From Haplodiscus bocki (Eukaryota), in assembly GCA_965655095.1 (NCBI GenBank), contig OZ296650.1, positions 26,040,001 to 26,104,000 of the forward strand: a stretch of DNA of 64,000 nt. The letters are read 5' to 3'. This document shows, in pieces, positions 36,659-50,880 of this stretch (the stretch's first letter is position 1; each line of letters opens with the position of its first letter). Below the pieces are notes generated by a model. The model was not told where the DNA came from, made no database searches, and saw nothing but the letters and a program-made list of their open reading frames with translations. Made by a program: the position numbers and the translations under genes.

Positions 36659-38449
36659 TATCCCACGTATTCGCTGATCTTCCAACTGCTTGTGAGTTAC
36701 TAACCATTTTGACATTGCGGTTTTTTATTCAAATTAAAATAGTTTAAAAGTCGTTTTTGAGCAAAGAACCTAAAGAATTGCAGAAAATAGGCCAATATTT
36801 TTGCGCATAAAAATTTGACAGCGAGTTACTCTTTGCAACACTACTTTAACTATATCTTATTCAAGTTACGCAATTTATCTTCGACCGAATGGCAAATGTT
36901 TATCGGGAAACATCCCCCGGATATAAAGAAGAATACGAAAAATTCATTTCACTGCGTATATTTCATTTTAACGGGAATGTATCAATTACTTTAGATCGTT
37001 TCGGGGGCTAAAAATTGATAAAAATTGGTACAACTTGATATAAATCTGTAAGTTACACTGTCAAATCATCGACTCCATCTCTTCAATCATTTGTTACCTA
37101 GATACGCCCGTCCACCTTCTCTTCTCCGGGAATAATTCCATAAATGAATTTTCCAACACTTTTGTTATACTTGAATATATTGAATAGTTGAAATGTTACA
37201 AAACTAATAACCTAGAGAAGGTTTGCTATGGTGAAACGCACAATTTCAAATGAATTTAGCATACTAAAAAGAGTATTTAGAAGGGCTCTACCACTATAAC
37301 AAAGAGGCAAAGCTGGGCTTCCCAAACACTCGAGACACAAAACAGTCTTCCTGTTGACAAATTTGACAATATATTACACGTACTGGTTACAATAAAACTT
37401 GCTAAAGCCAGCAAGTTTTTGAGATGCAAGCTGCTGCTCTTTCAAAAAATTACAGAATATACCCTGTTAGAGATTTTAAAAGAAACATTTTTTTAGTTGA
37501 TCCACGAGCAATAACCGACATCTAAAAATTGGTCCCCAAGAAAACTTCTTATCAACTGGGCACTATTATCCAAGAAAACTACTTTAGAGGAAAACTTCAA
37601 GAAAAAAAGTTCATTCAGATTTTGAGAACTATGGCACCCTGAACAAGTTGTAAGTCCTAGAAATTGAGCGAGAGTTAAGCGGACGAACATGATCGAGAGG
37701 AAAGATTCCGACAAAAGACAAAAAACAGAACTCTGTTAAATTAAATTAAATTAAATTTCTGTTACAAGCTGAAAGAATTGTCAGAAAAGTATCAGCCAGA
37801 CCATCTTTGCCATTTCATGGATACAACAAACAGCGATTATTCTTTTCGGTACTGAAGTGACAAAACCTTCGACGGTCGACACAAGCAAATTATTGCCAAT
37901 TTTTCAAACAGAAGTTGAGACAGTTCTCGATAAAAATTAAAAATGAACCACCCCAGCTGTTCCTTTGCAACTTCAGCTAGCGGTAGTAGTTCAATCAGTC
38001 TTGGATAGACTCCATCCAATTATCAGTCGTCTAGAAAAACGCGTTTGAAAAACAGTGCAAGAAGCAAAAACATCGACCTTCTTTCAAACAAAAGATACAA
38101 AATCAATCGAAAAGAGTCAAAAATATACAATCTTGGCTGCTCATCAGAAGCTACAGGTTACAAGTAGTTGAACCAGCACTGAATGGACCCATTGCAAAGA
38201 GTGGTTTATAAGTTAAACAGGTTTAACGAATATTTAAAGTAAACACAACAAAGAATTATCAATTCCAGTTCAAAATCCTTCCACGGAAAATTATGAAACA
38301 GTTGCTCGCTACCCCCTCACAGGGTCTTCAGTTAAATTGAAGTCGAATCACTACGGCATGGGCGAAACTGAGCCACTAGTTCTCAATATAGTCTTTTTTC
38401 GCGAAAGGCAGCTAAATGAATTAAGTCAGTCCATTTATTATTTGACGCC

Positions 38450-38950
38450 AGATTTATAACACGGAAAGAAAATCATTCACTCAAAAACGGTGAAATCCGA
38501 CGTTGTTCTAACGTTGACTTGCCAATCAAATATTTTAGACTTTTGACTTTAATCGGACATTTGCTGAACTTGAAAAGTTTTTAACAATAAATCATAACAA
38601 AATCGCCATAATTTGTGACTGGAAAAGTAACTGTACTCAAAACGTACAAAGTTCGTGGTTTTTGAAAAATAACAGATGGGTTGTTTTTGAAAAATAAATT
38701 GAACTTATTCAAAATCGACAAACTGAGCAATTTTTTTGTCCCATGCGTATCATTTTTTTTTAATTCTTGAAAATGTCTAGTCCAGCTTAATTGTGAGGTT
38801 TTTTACAAAAACAGAAATTTCGAACTTAGAAAAGAATTACAAAGCTTGATGAAAAAGTATTTTTGGAAAAAAAATGCTTCCATCTTTTTAAAATGCAATA
38901 TCAACAAAATTGGTGAGCCAAATAATGCTGGTGTTAGCCAGGCGTTTCGT
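38450..38950 (+). mobile_element. Helitron-like non-autonomous element
   Basis: Ends aataatgctggtgttagccaggcgtttcgt, the decayed inverse of the acaagacggccggcta terminus; body homologous to the 11755 and 41928 copies. Confidence 0.5.
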
Positions 38951-38954
38951 AGTA

Positions 38955-39848
38955 CCCGGGTTGAAATCCCAGAGATATTCGGCGCTAAGTAGGTCTGATG
39001 TTTTCAGCGCTGTTCAGCGCTGATTCAGAAAAAAAACGGAAAATACCCGCGCTGAGTATCACTGTTACAGGGCTAATTTGCCCAGATTTTTTGCTAATGG
39101 GCGACTTTCAGAAGTGAAAATTTCAGCGCTGATCAGAGTTGAACAGAGTTGTTTCATAGACAACCTGCTTTTGGATCAGCGCTGAATCAGCTCGAATATT
39201 AACACAGGTGGATTAGATTGTCAAATTGTTATAACGTAGTCAGAATGTGACGAAACCGCATTAAAAAACTAACAAAATGGCATTCCATTTCTTCAAGTTT
39301 TCCAAATATTCTGTTGACTCACAGCAAAAATTCCAAATTTATGCAACAATCTTAAAAATGCAGTCCACTAAACGCGAAAATGCTTCTGAAAACTACAATC
39401 ATATCAGTTTTCTCACTGTAGTGTAGCATCAAAAAGCTCGAAAGTTTAGTTTGTTATATCTTGGGCCCGCTAGAAGGCAGAACAAACACTTCTTCATTCC
39501 TTCATTCTTCTTTTCAGCAATATGGGCTGTGCCTCGAAATTGAGGTGCTCCGAAATATTTTGAAAAAAAATTATTTGAAAATTGAACTGAAAAATGTCAT
39601 TTTGAATCCACGAAGAATCCGCGCTGTTCAACACTGTTTCAGAGGAAATCAGTGCTGAAACAGAACTGTTCAGCGCTGATTTTGCTGCTCTGAAAAATTG
39701 ATTTTCCGGCGGTGATCAGAGCTGAATCAGCGCTGTTCAGGGATTTTCAGTCAATATACAGCGCTGAATCAGAACCGCGTTTGCCAGCTCTGATAATTTC
39801 TGAATCAGAAGTGATCAGCGCTGAAATCCTCTGAGACTTCAACTCGGG
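38955..39848. mobile_element. Non-autonomous TIR element (CCCG termini, TA flanks, CAGCGCTG subterminal repeats; CMC/EnSpm-like)
   Basis: ta|cccgggttgaaatcccagag ... ctctgagacttcaactcggg|ta inverted termini, with many cagcgctg(a) motifs in both arms. Confidence 0.8.
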
Positions 39849-41927
39849 TATTTTTTCGAAAAGAGTATGTTTTTGGTTTTGAATGAAAATTGTCACAGAA
39901 CGTCAAACTCGATTAAAAGAAGAAACTTTTAGATAGTTTCATTCCACAAAATGGAAGTCTATTTTTGCAAAATTGAAGGAGTTCAATTCCTCTTTTTTAT
40001 CGCTGGGACATAGCGGAGAAAATTGGTGTTCTATCGAGCAACCTTTTATTGGTTTTAACCTCCATTCTTTCAGGAATTCTTGCAAGTTTATGGATGGTTT
40101 CATAAATTATCGGAGAGTTATACGAGGACAATGCATGCACGTAAATGGCCCTTAAATACCGTACAGCGAGAAATCGACCCAGAGATACCTCACCATGTAT
40201 GAACGTTACAGTGAATTATCTGTAGTCATACAGACACGCCTAAAAAGATATACATCTACATCTTCTTTAGGCGTGTTCCCGCGACTATAATATTTCATAA
40301 TAACTCGAGTTTCATGCTCAAACACGAAAATAGTATAGTTTCTTGAAAATTGCATATTGCGAATGGCCACTGATGATTGTTATTTGATGAATTCCGAAAA
40401 AAGGTCGGGAATGGAAACGTACCACATGGTTCAAAAAACGTCAAAAACAGTCAAAAACAATCGCAAGTGGCTACAAATGTCACTCTGCCAGTCTCTAACT
40501 TGATGGAAAAATTTTCAAACAACGACCATTGTAAACTTCATAAATGAAATTTTCAATTTTACAGTTTGCACGCGCTCAAATACATTCTTTGTAGTTCTGA
40601 GATATCGATCTCCAAAAATGGCAGTTTTCCTTGCTTAGTGAAATTAATTTCTCATACAACTGTACTTGAGCCTAAAGATTCAAGAATATACCAATTTTCA
40701 AGTTTTTTTTTACAAAAAAATCTATTGAAAAAATGTCTGCGCCCAACCTAAATGTATATACAGGTGTAAATGTATATATACGTAGAAAACATCATCCAGA
40801 AATACAACGTCCAATGTGTTTTGATCTTTTATAATTACAGACGCGAAAGCTTGCGCGTTTTGATGATGCTGTGCTAGCAATGCTGATGGTATAATTTACA
40901 ACCACACTTGACGACAAATTGTCAGACTTGATGAAAACGAAATTTTTAGATGCGAGTATTTTCTGAAAAAAGTGATTTTCTGTTTTTGATGCATAATTGA
41001 GATTTTGTGGAGAAAAAGATGGCCTAAAGGAAGATAAAATATTTTTAATCAGATATTTCTCGAATTTGGCGCATTCAGATGTTGAACATAGATGCTACCA
41101 AGAAACTCAGTAACACAGGATTCCTACCAAGAATTTCAGGTATCTACGGAGGCTTATCAGGAAATTCAGGATTCTAGGAAATAAAAATGTTTTTCCTAAA
41201 CAAGAGCAAAACAAGACGTACAACTTGCAAAAGGATATATTCTACCACTTGAAAATTACAAAACTTTTCATTTCTTCCAAAAAACAACTTGATGTTTTAA
41301 TGTGTCGTTTTTTGAAGAAAACTACAATTTTATCCGCCTTCTGCAACAAATATGGTACATTTTGGTTATATAAAATTTTTTTATCGTGTCAAAATTTTGT
41401 CAAAATCCAGGAATCGGCAAGTGTATGTAAAACAAGAGGCGCAGCAGCGCTGCGATTTTTTCCGTCAACAGTGGGTACAAAGTAGATCTCAAAAGAAATT
41501 GATGAAATTTCAAGAAAAAAGTTGACGCCTTAGGGAGCGAGGACGCCCGCTTTTAACTCATTAAGTACAATATTAGACAAAAACTGGTATTCTCAAGATT
41601 CATTACTAGGTGTTCAGAGGAACTTTTTGGGGCTTTAAAAAGACTTTTTTCAAACGTGAACATGTTCACTCCAAATTGGCAAAATTAAGAGGAAGAAAAC
41701 TCAAAACACAGCGCCAATGATTTTCCTTTGGTAATATATTACGACGGAAAATAGAATCCAGAAACGGCCCAAGTTGGCAAAAGACGTAAGGCCCAAAATA
41801 TCTATGGTGTCATTTGAATTCAGAAAATCATGGATTTTTAAATCAAATTTTGTTATAACCCTCAGATTTTTCCTGACAAAAGAAAAAAAACTCATCAACT
41901 GCCAATTAACTTCCATGCACTTGACTA

Positions 41928-42400
41928 ACAAGACGGCCGGCTACTATTGGCATACTTTTCACCAACCAATTTTGTTAGAGATGCCTATTAAAAGGAGAAA
42001 AGCGTATCTTTTTCAAAAAATATTTCATCAACGAAATTTGTAGCTTTCCGAATTTCAAAAACTTTCTGTTTTTTTTCTGCAAAAAACCTCACAATTAAAG
42101 TGGAAAAAGCGTCTTTATGAAGTGATAGCCATTGATACGCACAATACCACAAATTTGCCAATTTTACCGATTTTGAAAAATGTCATTTTTTTCAAAAAAA
42201 AAACAAGTTTTGTACGTATTAGTGAATTTTTACTATTTCAGTCAAATTTTGCGGCGAATTCGCTACAAATTGGTGATAAACAATTTTCAACTTAAGGCAC
42301 ATCGGACAAGAACATTTTCAAGTAGCGATGAACATGAAAAAAAAACGTCAGAATGGAGCGTTTTCAGTTGATAATTTTCCTTCTTTATTATGAAAAAGAC
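41928..42400 (-). mobile_element. Helitron-like non-autonomous element
   Basis: acaagacggccggctactattggcata terminus shares its first 16 nt with 6527; body similar to the 11755 copy. Confidence 0.55.
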
Positions 42401-43149
42401 TGTAAAAGAACTGTGCGGAAAACCAAAAAGCTTCAGAGTGTCAATGTTTTTTCCCAACTTTTGCTGGACAAATAGTAAAAAGATTTTTCTGCTGTTTCGA
42501 AAACAAGAAGATTCGAGAAATTGAAAACACGGTATTAAAATTTCCTATATTTTATCGAGACAACCTTTTTTTGCTATACAAATCTACAAGATTGCCAATT
42601 GTGTACACAGTTTTTGGAGTTTCATTTAAACAAATTATTCATTCCAAAGTAGAAAAGTTTTGCAGGAAAAACCAACAAAGATGAAAAAATAAACAAAAAA
42701 ATGCGTACAAAAGACGGGGCAAAATAATAAAAAGTTATAGGAAAAAACATGAGGCACTATTCCACAAGCGCAATATACGATCGAAATAAGTTTCCATTGT
42801 GCTTATCCATGGAATTCTCGGGACATCAAAAATGTCATTGTGAGAAAACTTCCATGAATTTTTTCTGATCGATCGCCAGAACGTTTCACATGAAAAGTTC
42901 TCTTTACGAAATATAAAAAAGTGAAGTGGCCAACAGCTTGAAAGCTAAAATACTGAAAACTTCAAGAGAAATGTAGGAGCCCTGCAGGACAAACAAGCAC
43001 ACTCTTGAATGAGAGAAAGGCAAAATTAATTTTTTGACTTAGAGTTTTCAGGCCCTGTGCGTAGCTGTAGTACGTGCATCCGTATCCCACATGACTCATA
43101 TGTACCTACTATCTTACTTGGAAGGCAAACGCAGTAACTTTAGTTGTTT

Positions 43150-43600
43150 TTTAGCAAATTTTACAACACCGGGTTTATCATTTGGGACGAAATTGTAAGC
43201 AAATTGGAGAAGGTGGTGAAACCTAACATTTTGAACACAGAAAAACTGGATCCGTAGTCAAAAAGATGCTTTGAAAAGTACAAGAGCGAAAATTTGAGAA
43301 AAAAAGGAACTTAGTTGTTTTGGCCACTCAAAAGCTAAAGTTGATGTTTTTCTTGCAAAAGAAGTTGACTTCACAGAAATGACTGATAAGTTCCCCAAAA
43401 TGGGCTTTTGATAGAATTGCATCCACAAAGCAGAAGTAAAAATTATCTTCGGAAAATTCTCTTGAGAAGAAAAATAAGATAGTTCTAGTTCTATACGAGA
43501 TCTAAACCGCCGTTTCGCATTAGCTTAGAATACTAGTTGGAAACTCAATATCGATGGCATAAATGCAAAAACTTGTACAAGAACGATGATGTTAGCTATG
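43150..43600 (+). pseudogene. Possible decayed hAT transposase C-terminal dimerisation region
   Basis: DKFPKMG..IAST/KAEV..IFGKFS...FRISLE resembles FP.L...IP.TSA.VER.FS...RISxEG. Confidence 0.35.
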
Positions 43601-46600
43601 TCTGGGCCTATTTCAAAGCACCATAACGCCATCTAAAGCCTTCAAGAACCTCAAAAGGAAATGTTTCAAAGCATTTTGCCAATTTTTTTTCTGATTGGCT
43701 CTTATGTTACGTTTTACCTTGAGCAGCAGTTAGAAAGTTGATATGGATGGAGACAGCACGAAGACAGTACGGGGATTCTGGAAAAATCGGGAAACAAGTC
43801 AGTTTCAGTTTTTTTCACAGCACCAAAATACAGTTTGTTGAGAAACTTCCGAATTTGAGAAAATTGTCCGTACCTTGAACTCCAAAAGAAAGCAATAAAA
43901 GGAACTTTCGACAGGTACGAAAAAAAACGAAAAAAGAACAGATATGAATCACATTCAAAAATATAAAAAAGTTAGCTTCTTTATATGCTGAACAAACGAA
44001 CTGTTCCAAATCTGTGAGTTTGCCCAACCTGGAAAATTTTTCTATCATAAAGTTCTTCTTGTGATGAAAAGGGGAAAGATTCATGCGGAAACTGCAGAAT
44101 TCCGGCAGTAGTAGAAAAAAATAAATCTGGTATACCGAAAAAACTCAAATCCTGGACGTTTTCCTAAAAATTTTTACAATTCCTCGATGAATGGAAATGT
44201 CCTCTTTTTGAATTGAAATCGATGAAACAAGTTTGGTGTTTGTGGCAAAATTTAAAGATTTTGAGCAGAAATCGCATATTTAGCAGTTTTCGCTCACTTC
44301 AGCACTAGTGAAAACGTTCTATTTTGCAGTACCGAGTTCGTTCCTTTTAATGACATTTTAAACTTTAGAAAGTCTCCGTGTCAAGAAGCCCAAATTTGGG
44401 TTGTAGAACGTGAAAAGTAGTTCAAAAACAAAACAAATTCTCAGAACAGTCAAAAAAGAAAATTAAATTTTCAGTTTTTCGCAACAAAAAAAAGATCGAT
44501 TTTTTACCTCATTTAGCGTGGGATTCCTGAAAATTGTACTTTTTCATTTGTTTATTAGAATTCAAATCTAAAAAACTAGTTTCTTAATCGAAATAGGAAA
44601 AACAGGGAAAGACGGCCAACAGCTTTTATTCACTTCAGCTAATGCGAAAACCGTAAGTTTTTCAAAACCGCGTTCGTAATTTTTTTCTGTTGCGTTTTTG
44701 GCCTGACAAGTAGTCGCGCTGCACATTGGGTAAGCCCATTTTTCAGCATAAATTACTCTAAAATAAGAGAAACTCTATAAGTAATGAAAAATGTAAAGCA
44801 AAAATTCTCTTTCTTCACATCGTTTTTTACAAACAGAAGTCTTTCAAAAACACCTTTGAAACTTTGAATTTCTCAAAACTGATTTGAACGTGTCCAGCAA
44901 AGATTCTTTACAAAAAACGATTTTTATGCCAAAAATTTTGACTTTGTTTCGGCCTCAGCACAAAATTTTTTTGCTGTTGTCCGAAACTCTTTTGAAACGT
45001 ATTTGAACAATATTTCCAAAATTTTGCTCATTATTTATAGTAATCAGATTGCCACCACTACTACTCTATTGAATAGTAAGTGAATAGTAAGAATGTGAAA
45101 ATGACAAGAAAATGGTATGAAAGTTCAGGCGTACGCTGTGCGAGATTTCATACGGAATCCGCAAAGTCATGGAGCAAAGGGTGCACTGACTGAATTGAAT
45201 ATTTTTCTTATATTTTACATAAATTACAATAAAAAATAATTTAAAAATTCCTGTTATTTTACTTGGATTGAGTAATAATGTAAATTTATGCAATTTGTTA
45301 CTACTAAAGAGAATAGTTACCATAAAAAGAAAGGACAAGAGATGAGAAAATCAACAGTGTGAATTGAATGAAGATACCGAACTCAGCAGTTCAGTAATGA
45401 CTTTGACGTTGATGAAATTATTTACGGGCTCATAAATCACTTTTTACAGCCACCTAGTTATTGTCTCAGCTGATGGAGGCGCCATGTATTCTGAGTATTA
45501 TATTTTACATGAAAAAAAAGCAGTTTATCTAAACATTTCAGTATCTTTAAAGCATCACTGTGACGCAAAAGTTAGGCAAATTTTTCAGAAATTAACAAAA
45601 AGCCTTTCATACAGTAAATAATTTAGATTGTTTGAGTGTTCCTGATTGCTTTTCGACGTGATGGTTTGGAGGTTATTGGATAAAAATTATGAGTGAGTAC
45701 TCTAACTGAAAAATACTGACAGCACGAAACAAAAAAAGATACAGCCTTCTATCTCAGAAACTGAGACCGGCCTGCTGACGGCCTTTGTTTTCCTCAAAAA
45801 GATGAACTTCGTTACTACAGTAACTATGAAACATCACCTTGGCGAAGTTTTTGGTGAAGTTTTTTTTTCAAAACTTCCCATAATGAACATTTTTACTGAG
45901 CAAGACTGATACCGCAGTAGTACTGTAGTTCCAAGTTTGGCACGAACCAGTAGCAAGCTAGTCTTTCCGGATTCAACTTCGGAATATTTCATGCAGAACC
46001 TTTCAACTAAGACCCAACCGAGGATTTTAGTATGTTGCTTGGTCAAGTGTTGTCTTGAAGGGTAGTAATGCCATTTCTATTCGCAGAAATAACAAAAAAT
46101 TGTACCAGCTCATGGGGAAAATGTAGGTCAATTTTCAATGTTTTGTGTCGTATTTCGCATTACTGTAGAAATACTGTTTTTCTTTATGCTGCGCTCGCCG
46201 TTTCGTTGTTCCCCTATTTTTCACGAATGGTTTTATGGCACCAAAAATGATTGCTGATATTTTGATCTTTATCTTTTAAGGGTAGAAGCTATTTTGATCC
46301 CTTCGGGATAAAATTAGCCACTAGCAGCTGTTTGCTTCTATCTTTTAATCACGGCATACTGAACGAAAAGAAAAAAACCTATGTATCAAACATAAATTAC
46401 ATTGGATCTTGTGACTTCACGAATATGGAAGCTATGCTTTGATTTAGCTTTCCACACCGTTTCGAAGTGTAGAAAACTTAGATTTCGAGGGTGGAGAGAG
46501 TTTCCCCAGAATTTAACTCTAACAGAAATGTTTTTGTATGGTGGATACGGCTCTTGCTGCTATAACTAGTTCTGCTAGTTTTCTCTCCAAATGGCTTTCT

Positions 46601-48149
46601 CGGCTTTATTCCAGTAATCCAAAACTGACAACATGTTGCAGATATCTAATTAACATCGATGAATTAAGTAAATCTATACAAATTATCGTATAACAGAATT
46701 ATCACATTTCGTAATCGGAGAATTCACAATTCATCGAACTAAGATTCGCTCATCAACCTGCAGATGCAGAAGCTCCAACTTCAACTAATTCGCAAGTCCC
46801 AGACATTTTAAGTAATGCAAGAGTTATCCTCGAATTTGCAGCTCCTGGAGCTACCGACAACACAATCTTCTAGAAAAGTATCTTGCTTCCGCGAGACTCA
46901 ACTTATTTCTGCTCCCTAACTCGGTTGTGTCTATTTCCGTATATTTCAACTCCTCCTTTGGTATATTTGCTCATTGCACGTGATCACATTTCCTATTACG
47001 GCGTATCAAGCGCTTCCAACAACGTAGTTTTACACCTGAAAAAACATTCCTCGCCCTCTGTTCAGCGTCCCTGACTAAAGTTCACATTCCTTAATAAATC
47101 GAGTCTTCCGAAGTTTTACCCAGATAGCAGCGTTCGGTCAATGACCTTCCGTTACATGGGTTCACATGTTTTTTTTACACAGCGAGGGTCGATTCACATC
47201 TCAATTTGGCGTTATGTAAAGAAAGCTTTCCGATGAACTGAACTGCTCAAATTATCGCGTCAGCGAAGATAACTCACATGTTTTAACGTACTTTTCCCAA
47301 CTTATGCTAAAAGTTATTTTGAAGTGACCGCAGGATCCGCCCGTGACCTTGAAGATATCCCGTATCATCCAACGCTTCCGTATGCCATCTTATATACTTC
47401 AAGGGTTAATGTTTTCCGAGTTACATGTTTTGTGCATGGCTTGATTATGTATGGCAGTCACCCCCGGATGGGTTACGAAAACAATTCCATATTCGTTAGA
47501 AATCGACTACATTCGTTTTTGCGATCCATTTGAGAGACTACAAGCCAAAATCAAACGTGTATCCTCCGCCAGACCCGCGTGCCCGGTTCCGCGCACCCAA
47601 AACAAACAATCTGCCGCGCGCGGTAAGGCAACAAGTGTGACTTCCATGTATCTTACTTAAGGTTGATAGATGAATGTTTTGGACAAGTTTCATGAGCGTA
47701 GGGTCGACTTGTGAAGATTTACATAGCATTCAGGGTTTGTTTACTTAGGATCCGTCCCATCCGTACATGCATCGTAGGGGTCCAAAAATGTACGCTAATG
47801 GCTTACAATCGTATGGGCTATCGATCCCATATTTTCACTTCCGGCCCAATTAGGGACCGACCTACTTCACTTGTGGTGTTAAAGGCTCAGGGTAGAGGGG
47901 TCCCAACACGATTCCAATTTCATAGATGGGTACTTCTAATCCTAACGTACAGGTGTACAGATTTTTATGTCTCTACGATAATTAGTCCCTGAGAGAACCC
48001 ATTGGGGTGGTTAGATTTTGGGCCCTTAGGTTTTCTATTCGTGAATCTTAGAATACTTTCGCCCCAGAGCGAAACTTAGTCAAATTCGATTTTCATTCCT
48101 TCAAGTTAGGTAAATTGCCTCATCATTAACAAGTTTGACGTCACTCAAT

Positions 48150-49360
48150 TTGCTCACTAACCATACCGTACCGCTTGTTGTTTATCCGTCACTGCCTAAC
48201 AACATCAAATTTACAGAATAAGCAACGGCGATTCACGCAATGGTCAGTCCCTTCAGTTGACTGGATCTACCTAAGCATAACGAAATGTGCTGAACACCGT
48301 TCTGACAACAATCTGGGCTGCGCGCATAAATCGTATGGTTTTCACAAAATTGCCCAAAATCAAAAAAATCCTGCACGAAGAAAGCATTCGAATTTTCCCT
48401 CGATTTATGTTTTGGCCTCAAAATGAACATCTTGTAGGAGTTCCGATCATCCATGTTGAACGTGTTTTGAGAACTTGGATATCCGAATGAAAAATTAGAC
48501 AAACTGGTTTTTCGATAGTAAAAAATATTGGCATACTCAAAATGGCTCTATCATTACTATTTATAGGTCACAGTAATTAATGGGACCAAAAGTTCGTTAA
48601 ACTTGATTAGCCATCGTAAGGAGCACCAAATAAGATTGTACTGTTTTTGAGTCATGAGCAGGGATGTTCAAAATTACTATTTATTGCTACTTTTTCGGAA
48701 AATAAATATATTTTGTTTGTAGTGGCTCAAATTAAATATATTGACTAAGTTCAATCTCAAAAAAATAAGTTTCGCAATCAAACACTTCATTATTTTGACA
48801 CAGATTCTTTCCATTAATGGTAACAAACAGGAGCGTAAGTGATTCGGGATGCATTGACATAATTTTTTCCCATAATTACGGAAAATCTTGCTTTGCACGA
48901 CTGAATAGACGTTCGACAACGTTTGAGGTGCGAGGAATCCACTTCAGATTGATGACCTGAAAATATATTTCGTTGGTAAATAAATATATTTTATTTTATC
49001 GAATTTAAAACAAATATATTTTATATATTTATTGCAATATATTTTCTTTAAATAGTATTTTTGAACATCCCTGGTCGTGAGTGTCGACAGCTTTTACGAA
49101 ACAAGTTTGCTTTAAGCATGCTTTGCAACCATTTTCACAATGGTAGACTTGTGCCAGAAGCGTTTGTGAGTTGCCAAAAGTCACAATTGTTGCACGGCCT
49201 TCGTAAGGTTCTCTTTTTTCCCTGAATTATATTTTCGAGACACGATGACCACTGTTCACTTAAGGGCGAAGAACTTGCTCTAGTTCCAATGGTTGCGAAT
49301 TGGAAGAGAATTGAACCGGAAGCCTCCCCTGTGCAAGTTCAATGCCCAGGTGTCAGACTA
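48150..49360 (-). mobile_element. Degenerate BEL/Pao integrase region, interrupted by a hAT MITE
   Basis: VLRP*VNSGHRV, CENGCKACLK, LTMANQV*RTFGPINYCDL...EPF*V (P.MA.LP..R...PF..CGLD..GPF.V), LLQDVHFE (RAVHLE) and RFMRA...NG. Confidence 0.5.
48659..49073. mobile_element. hAT-family MITE, 415 bp
   Basis: TIRs cagggatgttcaaaa(t)tactattt / aaatagtatttttgaacatccctg. 8-bp TSD gtcatgag (48651-48658) / gtcgtgag (49074-49081), 7 of 8 identical. Confidence 0.92.
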
Positions 49361-50820
49361 GAGTATTAAAAGATAAGTAGTACAAACAATTGAATGAAAA
49401 GTTAAATGTTGCCACGATGCTCCCATTTTTTTGTGGCAAAATGATAGTGAAAAACAATGAAAGTACATTGAGTGAGAAAGAACCGAAACTGGAAGCGTTT
49501 TCAAACTATTCGCCAAAAAACTTCACGTCATTTTTACATATTAAATTATATTCAATGGTTGTCCAAAATTTGTGAATGTTCATAGAATTTAGTTCAAATT
49601 TGTGGTTAATAATGAGATTTCTACACAATTGTCAACATTCCTAAATTTATCTCAATATTGATTTTCCTTCAAGACATTAACGTCAATTTTCTGAACGTTT
49701 CAAACTTGAATGTTATTCAGCAAGCATCCTTCAAAATTTTCTATATATGTAGAACTGCTATTTGCGATTCGAATTCCGTGTTTTTCACATAGAGAAAAAA
49801 TTTTGCGTTTGTTTTACGGTTCAATGGTGCTAAAAGGAAGCTTATTTCACTTCAATTAAATATTTAACATCAAGCAAAAGCGAATTGAAAATCCAAATTT
49901 AGATTATCTGAAAACATCAATGTGTGTCGAATACAAGTGAATTCGTTTTTTGAATTAATTCCCGAAATTTGTGGCTTTTCAACGAAGGAAATATAAGTCA
50001 TACGTTGTAAAAAAAGTGTAAAAAAGTGTTAGCTGTATTTTTCCGGGGATTCCTGGGGTAAATGATTTTGAATGATGAGTACAAGGATCCCTAACTATTA
50101 GACCAGGGTTGCAGTGGATGACAACAAAAAAATAATCACTAAACTTCTTAAAAACACGACCATTCCGGAATAGACTCAGTTTGGTTTATAGAAACACTGG
50201 TTGAGGTCCCAGAGAATTTCAGCACTAATCATCTCTGAATAAGAAATCATCAGCAATAACCGGCGTTGCTTAAGCGCTGACTCAGCACTTTACATTAATT
50301 AAAAATCCCAGAGAAGTGGTGGTTTTCTCTGATTCAAAATGATTTTTTGGTTATATTCCCGGTTAAAAATAACAAAGATGAAAAAAGTGAATTCACATCA
50401 TCAAGTGCGCAGCTCTAAGGTAACTAATTTTACAAATGGAAATTTACAATTTTCAAATCTGGGTTAACAAGTATCTAGTTTGGTTATGTAACACCGTATA
50501 TTTGGAATCTACTTCGGTTACGTAATGTAATTCCGTATATAAGTTTTCCTAAAATTTTTAAAAATTTTTTTTCAAATAATCTCAAATGAACTTCCATCTC
50601 GGCGATTTCGGCAATACTCATGAGACGGATTTGATGTCGACACTTTAAAAAAATTGCGTTTCGATATAATTTTTGTTATAAAATGTAAGAAAACATAGCA
50701 CATTCTGGGATTAGAGCCCGCTAGCTATGGATATGTCACATTTTTTGCAACCATTTTTTTCGAAAATAGGTAGATTTTTGGTATAATTTCCAGTATAAAA
50801 TGTAAATTATAAAGCTTATA

Positions 50821-50880
50821 CTGGGTTTCGAAACTGCCACTTGTGACTTTGGAACCTTTTTGTCCTACCCACTTTGCCAT
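50821..50880 (-). other. tRNA-derived degenerate segment in a repeat
   Basis: Minus strand atggcaaagtgggtaggac...gtttcgaaacccag shows A-box and B-box-like parts. A second decayed copy lies near 50705. Confidence 0.4.

Noticed and set aside
40222-40290. Hairpin acacgcctaaa...tttaggcgtgt as an ncRNA or terminator
   Set aside because: An isolated 11-bp stem, most likely the remnant of a palindromic MITE.
48180-48270. Penelope RT motif (SLPNNIKFT) on the plus strand
   Set aside because: Single short match; the opposite strand is better explained as BEL integrase.
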